Of a DNA stretch of 6,537 nt, positions 1 through 6,537 are shown piece after piece; the first letter of the stretch is position 1; every line of letters begins with the position of its first letter. The notes under the pieces were generated by a model. That model did not search any database, was not told the DNA's origin, and saw only the letters and a program-made list of their open reading frames with translations. Position numbers and translations under genes: made by a program. This stretch comes from Paraspadella gotoi (lineage: Eukaryota; Animalia; Chaetognatha), in NCBI GenBank assembly GCA_051294375.1, contig JBJCIZ010000116.1, forward strand, positions 1 through 6,537. Direction: 5' to 3'.

Positions 1-420
1 GAGCATATTATAGTTGCCTTGACGCCGACCCCTCAGGTTTGGAAGAACTCGAATTCCAAATATCAAAATTAGAAAAAATGGATTTTTAATGAAAGAATCC
101 GAACATTATTCCTCTGAAGTGAGCCACCCATCTGCCTTAGACCAATATGCTATAGAACAACTCGAATCTGGAATTTTCTTTAATCTCTCTACAGGTCACT
201 ACAGTGCGCCAACGCCATGGAAAAGGGGCGAGAAGCGACTGCCAAAGAATTAAAAAGATAGGGAAGCAACGATCGCCAACCAAAAAGGAGGCAATAAAAG
301 ACAGCGGAGAAATTAGCGAAAGACCCAATACTGAAGAAGGGAGTCTTCGAAACAATGCGCGAATGCATGGAGGTTGGTTTTTCAAGTAAAATAGAAATTG
401 AAAATTTGAACGGCGAATTG

Positions 421-990
421 CCGGAATATTATACTCCATTGCATATAGTTACGCGTCCCGACAAACCCGGAAAATTTCGAATTTGTCAGGATGCAGCCTC
501 GAAAACTCGAGGAACATATTTGAATCAGCATTTGATAGCTGGTCCTGATAATTTGACTCCTTTATTGGGGCGTTCTAATGAGATTTAGAAGAAGGAAAGT
601 GACACTGTCAGCTGACATAAAGGGTTTCTTTCATCAAATTGAAATTGATCCAGCTGACGAGAGGAGCATTTAGATTTTTTTGTACAGTGATTGAGAGTAT
701 GACGAAACTTGAAACTCATCAATCTAACGTACACATTTTTTGGTTTCTGGTAGCCCAGGAGTGGCTAACTGGGTGATTAAATATCACATGAAGAAAATAA
801 AGGATGAAGTTTCACTTGAAGCCTTTCTTTCTGTTTTTCTCCAGCTTTACATGGACGACCTATTGGACTCTCTCAACACCCCCCAGGAGGCTCAAAGATT
901 GAGGATAGAATCACTGATGCTCTCAAGCGCGGAGGTTTTGAGCTCTGCAAATTCAAGAGCTCAGATCCTCGGGTCCTCAAAGATGATCCC
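421..990 (+). CDS. Reverse transcriptase domain (fragmented)
   Basis: YYTPLHIVTRPDKPGKFRICQDAAS; after a frameshift VLMRFRRRKVTLSADIKGFFHQI (ADIK starts at 611); catalytic YMDD at 848-859. Boundaries approximate. Confidence 0.93.
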
Positions 991-1099
991 ATTCTGATGA
1001 CAATCCTCCAGTCACTCTTCAAGACAAAGATGAGCTGTCGACGACCTTGAGAGGATGGCGGAGAATGCCTTACCTGAGAATCCAATGGTCAAGATAATT

Positions 1100-1930
1100 C
1101 AAGTAAGATCTTGGGAGTAGGTTTTAACTCTGAGAAGGATATATTTTTTATTCGCATCACTGAAAAAGCGAAAAAGAAGCCATTTCTAGACGAGATTTTT
1201 TAAAATTGGTCGCAAGGTTTATGACCCACTTGGATTTGTGCACCATATATTCTTAAAGGAAGGTCTTATTTCAAAAGCGACAAATGACCAACTTACCTGG
1301 GATGAAAAGTTCCGAAGGATCTTTCTAAAAAATTCAATAAATGGAGGAAGGAAATGGAGAGTTTAAAAAGATTTACCTTTCCTCGATGGACGTCTATATT
1401 GGGTCTGAATGTCGCGAAAGCAATTGATTATTTTTTGCTGAGCTCTCTCCACTGGCTATGGGATTGTTGCATATTTGAAAAGAGATGAATGAGAGTGAGG
1501 AGAATGTCATATTTCTTTATTTTATGCAAAATCCTCACGTTGTCCCATTGCAAATGCAGAGGACATTAACCCGGGTCAAGAAGACCATTTAGAAAGTATG
1601 CCAAGATTAGAGCTAAATGCGGCAAGGCTCGCGCTCAATCTAGAGATACTATATGTCAGAGAATCGGAGAAGAATTCTCTAGTATTGTAATGCTGACGGA
1701 TTCGATTACAGTTCTTAATTGGATCAATGATTATTCCAAAAGGTTTAAAACCTTTGAACATTTTAGACTCAAAACTATACGAAATTTATCTCCTATCCAG
1801 GAATGCGTCATGTTGAAGGAAAAGAAAATCCCGCCGACTTCACCTCCAGAGGTCTTGATGCAAACGACAAGAAATGGCCCATCTTCCATCAGGGTCCTGC
1901 TTGGCTTCGCCGTCCAGATAATGAATGGCC
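1100..1930 (+). CDS. RT connection / RNase H region (Pfam Peptidase_A17-like, RNase_HI_RT_Bel-like), fragmented
   Basis: KILGVGF (~1105), VYDPLGFV (~1218-1240), LTWDE, FPRW, GYGIVAYL (~1454-1477), YAKS/HVVPL, SMPRLELNAA (~1595-1624), TDSITVLNWI, RHVEGKENPADFTSRG, HQGPAWL. Confidence 0.9.
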
Positions 1931-2413
1931 GACGTCAAAACATCCCGTCAAACCTTCAGCGAAAAAAGACGCATCAGAGAACCAAGAAAACGTTCCAGAA
2001 GAAGTAAACTTAGCTGCGATTCACGACGACTGCACCTACTCTCCAATGGAGCTGATCTCCGTCAACGCCACTCGCACTTACCCTATACTTCCTCCTTCTG
2101 ACTCCAAAGATTGGGCACTGAAAGTTACTGACAAAGTGTCAGAATGGCGACAAAAGGTAAAAAGAGTTGCTTACTTTTCAAAAGCTGTCCCAAAATTTTT
2201 AGAGTTTTTAAAAGCAAAAAAGAAAGGGAAAAAGATTAAAGTTGAGAATATTTCGCTTACCGCTGACGATTTTAAAAATGCAAGAACCAAGTTGTATATA
2301 GAGCTATTCAACGATGCATTTTGAAAAAGAATTTTATGAATTATTTAAATAAAGGGTATTTTATCTCCTAATGCAAAAAGAGAGCTTAGAAATAAAAATT
2401 CGAAAATGATCTC

Positions 2414-3250
2414 TCTGAGCCCCTTTATTGATTCAGATAATTGCATTAGAGTGGGTGGTAGGCTTGGCAATGCCAAGATATGAAGTTTGAAACAAAGCAT
2501 CCTCTGATTTTGCCAAAAAAGGATGAAACTGTGAATTCAATAATTAGACACCATCATGAACAGCTAAAACATGCTGGCGGTTCTGCAACTTTTCATTCTT
2601 TAAATCAAAATTTTGCTTTATTAGGAGGACGAGCAAATGCAGACGCCGTCGTCGGAAAGTGTCTTCAATGCCAGAAGGCTCACAAGAACCCAACTCCACA
2701 GCAAATGGGACCATTACCAGAGTTTCGAGTGGAAGCAGCTATTCCTTTTAGAACTACAGGCGTCGACGTTTTTGGACCATATAAAGTAAGAAACGCGGGA
2801 AGAGGTTACAATAATAAACATGTTTTACTTCTTACCTGTATGACCACGAGAGCTGTCGTATTTGAAGTGCTAAAAGACATGTCAAGTATGTCAGTCATGT
2901 CAGCTTTGATTCGATTTCGTTCACACTTTCCAGGATTGGAACGACTTTGTCTCAGACAATGGAACGAATTCAGAGGGATCGATAATGAACTCAAAAGGCA
3001 ATTGAGGACGATTCGCCAAGATGAGAAATTCTCAGAGTTCATTGCTTCAAACGACATCAGGTGGGAATTTGGTCCTCCTCACACTCCTCATTGGGGGGAG
3101 TATGGGAACGCCTTGTAAAAGTACTAAAAAACATATTACACTACATCTTTGCCTAAAGAACCTGACCTTGATACCTTTTGTCACAATATTATGTGAAATT
3201 TCGCCATTTTAAAAGAAGGCCAATTACTCAAGCTCCAGCAAACCCAAATG
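2414..3250 (+). CDS. Integrase: HHCC zinc-binding domain plus DDE (rve) catalytic core, fragmented
   Basis: LSPFIDSDNCIRVGGRLGNA (~2414-2473), KHPLILPK, HHEQLKHAG...CLQC, MGPLPEFRV, PFRTTGVDVFGP (first D), SDNGTN (second D, in a shifted frame at ~2953), PHWGG/VWERLV (E, in a shifted frame at ~3100-3118). Confidence 0.93.
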
Positions 3251-3354
3251 AGATTATTGCATTAAGTCCGGAAAATTTTTTATACCCATACTTACATGCT
3301 TCAACTGCATTAACTCTTCTTCCCTATACTCCAACAGTTGGCGACACCCTTCGG

Positions 3355-3646
3355 GCATCCTGGAAAATCGTACGCGATACGGCGGACAGATTCTGGATTC
3401 GTTGGAAACAAGAATATTTGACGACTCTTCGAAGTCGAAAAAAGTGGACGACCTCATCCGACGATCTTGGAGAGGGAGACATCGTCCTCATTGAAGAAGA
3501 GAACACACCTCGAGACATTTGGAGAGTCGGTCGAATCCTGAAGCTGTGGGAGACGACATCCATAAACGAGAGGCAATCGTCAAACTCCAAATAAAAAGGA
3601 GATTCGTCGCCACGTAAAAACTTTGATCAAACTCGAAGTCGATTAG
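3355..3646 (+). CDS. DUF5641-like C-terminal domain of BEL/Pao integrase
   Basis: WKIVRDTADRFWIRWKQEYLTTLRSRKKW...GDIVLIEEENTPRDIWRVGRILK matches the typical FWxRWxxEYLxxLQxRxKW...GDxVL...W..GRI pattern. Confidence 0.9.
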
Positions 3647-4164
3647 ATAAATGTAAAAGTGAATATTTTACCTTGTCTTGGACATTTATTGTGTAATCCA
3701 ATTGTTTCAAAACAAACTTCTATGTTATCAGATAAAGTTTCTGAAACTGATTTATCATTGATCATTGAATCATTAACAAATTATTTATCATCTGAGTCGC
3801 CGTTATAAATAAAAAATTCATTTGAAAATTATTCCATCATTTGGGAACGATTTGTCTTTGGAATTTGAAGCCATTATTTAAGAACAAATAATAGTATCGA
3901 CATATAAATATTTAGTTCGAATTACTATTTTTCTTTCCATTTACACGAAAATCGTCACTCAATTGAGTGCAAAAGCATCGTCTGTTTAGCGAAATCCATT
4001 AAGCAACTACTAAGCACAAACATGTTATTAGTTTGATTTACAATTGCAGACCTGCAAAAAAGAGAAAAGTCAATACCTTCTCAAATATTTATTTACCTGA
4101 AAATATTTATTAAATTTCACTTACCTTTACTCAGGAATACTTACCTGTTTAACACAGTCCAGTC

Positions 4165-4737
4165 ATGGAGTCTTCAGACATTATTGTCATTAAAGAAAAC
4201 TTACTGATTCAACCGACGTCAGCATCCTCATGGACTGAAGATCAAAGCCCGACGAAGTCGTCACCACCTGCATCTCCAGAAATGTCAATTTCTCCATCAC
4301 CAATTTTCTCATCTCAATCGGAAGTAGGCCCATCGTCAAGTACTACGTCCGCTGCAGAACTCCAATCCGAGGACATAATTGAGATCTTAGAAGTCTCAAA
4401 ATGGGCGCCGCCCCCTTCTTCGTCATCATCTGAAGAGGATGAGATGATTATCCTCACGAAGTCGACCAGCGCAGAATGCTTCGCCGAACTTCAAGAAAAG
4501 TGGGACAAAGAAAGAAAACGCGAGTTCTTACGACAACAAAGAAAGAAGAAAGAAGCAAAAAGACGCCTTCAAATCTGGGAGAGAGAAGTAGCTCGCCTCC
4601 GAGAGGACCTTCAATGCGAAAAGGAACGGAAGATGAAAGAAAACTTACGCGAGAAACTTCGTAAAATTAAGAGAGACAGGAGAAATCGTGCTCTCCTTAC
4701 CAAAATTCATGAAATGGGAGACTCTGAGGAAACCTGA
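4165..4737 (+). CDS. Hypothetical 190-aa protein: acidic Ser/Pro-rich disordered N-half, K/R/E-rich predicted coiled-coil C-half
   Basis: Uninterrupted 573-bp ORF with ATG in good context (gtcATGG). It is visibly less AT-rich than both flanks, and the compositional change coincides with the start and stop. Confidence 0.65.
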   Translation: MESSDIIVIKENLLIQPTSASSWTEDQSPTKSSPPASPEMSISPSPIFSSQSEVGPSSSTTSAAELQSEDIIEILEVSKWAPPPSSSSSEEDEMIILTKSTSAECFAELQEKWDKERKREFLRQQRKKKEAKRRLQIWEREVARLREDLQCEKERKMKENLREKLRKIKRDRRNRALLTKIHEMGDSEET

Positions 4738-5145
4738 ATTCTTTAAAGTTATCTGAATAATTGTTTTATTCATGTTTCTTGATTTGCGTAATCATTTACT
4801 TACTGTAACGCCATGAATACTAATTCCGTATTAAAAAATGATGAAGACAATTCTCTGAAGAACATCATTTTAAAGCTCATTGATTGCTAATATATGTGAT
4901 TTTATTCGAATACAACGAGGTTGATTCAGTACAATCATCATCAACAAACAAGCATTATATTATTCGTTTATCGTCCCATTAAGCTCAATCCTTTAAATGC
5001 TTTCCACAGATTAAGGTTAAGATACAGTCAAAATCCTTTGAAATATTTACCGTTTGACTCAGTAAAACTTCTTTGATTATTCGAGACCCATAGTTCTCGC
5101 TCTACGAATCTCAAGCTTCCTTACGGACAGCCGCACACCTTCGAG

Positions 5146-5996
5146 ATGTCTTCGAGCGACGCGTCGGACCGGGCAAAGGCCATAGCCGCGGCCACGTGCA
5201 TTAAACCGACGGCGAGAATCTCGCCATTTTCGCAAGATGAACCGGCGCCTCCGGGAACGGAGTCCGAAGTCTCTCTGTTTGACATGCAACCAGCTTCTCC
5301 GGGGACGGTGGTCGAGATATCCTGGTCCGACGTCGAGCCAGCACCTCCGGGAACAAGTGCTTCGGTTCCTCACGACGTTCCNNNNNNNNNNNNNNNNNNN
5401 NNNNNNNNNNNNNNNNNNNNNNNNNNNNNNNNNNNNNNNNNNNNNNNNNNNNNNNNNNNNNNNNNNNNNNNNAACTCGTCGTACATCTCAGCGGTGCAAG
5501 GTTCGGCCTCACCTCCGGGAACAAGTGCTTCGGATTCCTACACTCACCTCCGGGAACAAGTGCTTCGGTTCCTCACGACGTTTCAACTCGTCGTCGTCTT
5601 GCGGTGCCAAGGATCGGATCGCCTCCGGGAACAAGTGCTTCGGTTCCTCACGACGTTCCAACTCGTCGTTTCGCGGCACCAAGATTCGGAGCGCCTCCCG
5701 AAATAAGTGTTTCGGTTCCTCATGACGTTCCAACTCGTCGTCGTCTAGCGGTGCCAAGGATCGGGTCGCCTCTTGGAACAAATGTTCCGGCTCCTCGCAA
5801 CGTTCCAACCCGTGGTCTTCTGGCGTCAGGAGTGAGGGTGCCCCATGGAACGGGCGCCTCGACGCACCGCGGTGCTCCAAGTCGCCGCATATTCGTGGCG
5901 CCAAGAATTCGGGCGCCCTCGCCGTCCCCACCTTCATCGCCTCGGGCTGAAGGGAACTTCTACTATCCGCCGCTCAATTACGATAGTGACGAGCCA
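5146..5996 (+). CDS. Putative exon 1 of a Pro/Arg-rich tandem-repeat protein (contains assembly gap and a frame break near 5512-5547)
   Basis: ORF 5146- and ORF 5604- encode the same PPGTSASVPHDV repeat peptide. Intact repeat periods (48, 72, 75 bp) are all multiples of 3. GC-rich island bounded by AT-rich DNA; ends at the candidate donor CCA|GTAAGA. Confidence 0.5.
5236..5381 (+). repeat. Degenerate 48-bp (16-aa) tandem repeat, ~3 copies
   Basis: (c/t)ctccggg(a/g)ac anchors at 5248, 5296, 5344; peptides DEPAPPGT / DMQPASPGT / DVEPAPPGT. Confidence 0.75.
5344..5920 (+). repeat. Minisatellite with alternating 75/72-bp units (consensus cctccgggaacaagtgcttcggttcctcacgacgttccaactcgtcg...)
   Basis: Unit starts at 5344, 5512 (truncated, 35 bp), 5547, 5622, 5694, 5769, 5841, 5916; spacings 75, 72, 75, 72, 75; divergence increases toward the 3' end. 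Confidence 0.92.
5382..5472. other. Assembly gap (91 N)
   Basis: Run of N inside the minisatellite. Confidence 0.99.
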
Positions 5997-6094
5997 GTAA
6001 GAAAACGAACGAGGTCAAATTTATTATATAAAAGATGCTTTCAAACAATATTTATTATATAAAAAATGCCAATAAACAAATAAAAATTTAATAG
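5997..6094 (+). other. Putative 98-nt spliceosomal intron (phase 0)
   Basis: Begins GTAAGA, ends TTTAATAG, AT-rich interior between two GC-richer blocks. Removal joins ...YDSDEP to EIVFES... in frame. Confidence 0.55.
6019..6083 (+). repeat. ~31-bp AT-rich tandem duplication
   Basis: atttattatataaaagatgc at 6019 and atttattatataaaaaatgc at 6050. Confidence 0.7.
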
Positions 6095-6298
6095 GAGATC
6101 GTTTTCGAGTCTCATCCACGAGCAATAGTGACAAGGCGAGAAATACAGCGCGATCAAGATGTCGAGAGGAACGTGAATGCAACAATCCGCGATCTCCGCG
6201 AGGATCTACTACGTCAACGCCCCGATGCCGAGGAGAGCGGACGTAGACGCATCCCGGTGAAACAACGTTTGGGATGGTTTTTCCGTCAGCCAAATTGA
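6095..6298 (+). CDS. Putative terminal exon, 67 aa: EIVFESHPRAIVTRREIQRDQDVERNVNATIRDLREDLLRQRPDAEESGRRRIPVKQRLGWFFRQPN*
   Basis: Manually translated ATG-less open frame starting right after TAG 6092-6094 and ending TGA 6296-6298, about where GC content falls again. Confidence 0.5.
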   Translation, partial: EIVFESHPRAIVTRREIQRDQDVERNVNATIRDLREDLLRQRPDAEESGRRRIPVKQRLGWFFRQPN

Positions 6299-6472
6299 AG
6301 GACATACGAACCTAAAAGATCGTGTTGCGAAAAAACTTTGATACAATATTTCCGTTTCTAATGATGTCAAACATTGTTTAATGTTGTTTTAAATCGATTA
6401 GTGAAACATACAAGACAATCTTCTCGGTGGAGGTAATCTCCATGATTTAAAGACTTATCAACTCCAGCGGAT

Positions 6473-6537
6473 TTGGCCAGAGTCACCACTTGTAACAAGC
6501 TTGGACAGAGTCACCACTTGTAACAAGCTCGGACAGA
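6473..6537 (+). repeat. 28-bp tandem repeat (cagagtcaccacttgtaacaagctYgga), 2+ copies, running off the window
   Basis: Copies at 6478-6505 and 6506-6533 differ by one base; a third begins at 6534. Confidence 0.9.

Larger units (their letters stand above)
1..3646 (+). mobile_element. BEL/Pao-superfamily LTR retrotransposon, internal pol region (5' part outside window; 3' boundary not determined, may extend beyond 6537)
   Basis: Domain order RT-RNaseH-IN with BEL/Pao hallmark motifs: GHYSAPTPWK (194-223), KPGKFRICQDAAS...LNQHLIAGPD, ADIKGFFHQI, LYMDDLL, YDPLGF, MPRLEL, TDSITVLNWI, RHVEGKENPADFTSRG, IRVGGRL, HPLILP, GVDVFGP, TCMTTRAV, FWIRWKQEYL. Confidence 0.96.
1..3646 (+). pseudogene. pol: Frameshift-disrupted gag-pol polyprotein (C-terminal portion), ending ...EIRRHVKTLIKLEVD* at TAG 3644-3646
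   Basis: Consecutive conserved motifs lie in different + frames (ORF fragments 355-588, 740-997, 1690-, 1803-2324, 2480-3118, 3178-3594). The last segment resembles the usual 'RPxxKLxxL' terminus of BEL/Pao pol. The disruption may be real decay or consensus error. Confidence 0.85.

Noticed and set aside
137-3590. Short minus-strand ORFs within pol (137-439, 873-1085, 1576-1761, 2806-3057, 3254-3457, 3324-3590)
   Set aside because: Antisense shadows of pol with no recognisable motifs.
1-3646. Programmed ribosomal frameshifting as the explanation for pol frame changes
   Set aside because: Far too many shifts, located inside catalytic domains.
4165-4737. env gene in the canonical post-pol position
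   Set aside because: No signal peptide, transmembrane helix or Cys-rich ectodomain; too short and highly charged.
5344-5920. CRISPR-like array (recurrent ~37-bp conserved core with more variable intervening sequence)
   Set aside because: The intervening segments are homologous to each other rather than unique spacers, the context is a eukaryotic retrotransposon, and there are no cas genes.
6012-6020. Alternative donor AG|GTCAAA at 6014
   Set aside because: Weaker consensus and phase 2, so it would not join in frame to the 6095-6298 exon.
5077-6305. Minus-strand and alternative-frame ORFs over the repeat region (5077-5373, 5201-5524, 5237-5725, 5509-5937, 6024-6305)
   Set aside because: Expected shadows of a GC-rich, stop-poor repeat with periods divisible by 3; no independent support.
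6426-6445. Polypurine tract / start of 3' LTR (GGTGGAGGTAA)
   Set aside because: Interrupted by pyrimidines and followed by TC rather than the canonical TG; no second LTR in the window to confirm.

Overview
Eukaryotic DNA. Bases 1-3646 are the 3' part of the gag-pol polyprotein of a BEL/Pao (Belpaoviridae) LTR retrotransposon on the + strand. It contains RT, the RNase H (Pao 'Peptidase_A17') region, the integrase Zn-finger and core, and a DUF5641-like tail, broken by many 1-nt frameshifts. No polypurine tract or LTR follows pol, as would be usual. Instead there is ~2.9 kb of extra same-strand sequence. It holds (i) an intact 190-aa ORF with an acidic Ser/Pro-rich half carrying SIM-like motifs and a charged coiled-coil half, and (ii) a second putative gene built from in-frame tandem repeats (48 bp, then alternating 75/72 bp, interrupted by a 91-N gap). 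This second gene appears to be spliced through a 98-nt GT-AG intron to a 67-codon last exon that the ORF track misses. There is also a tight cluster of minus-strand splice signals at 4052-4144 and a 28-bp tandem repeat at the window end. Whether the extra ORFs lie inside the element cannot be shown without the LTRs.
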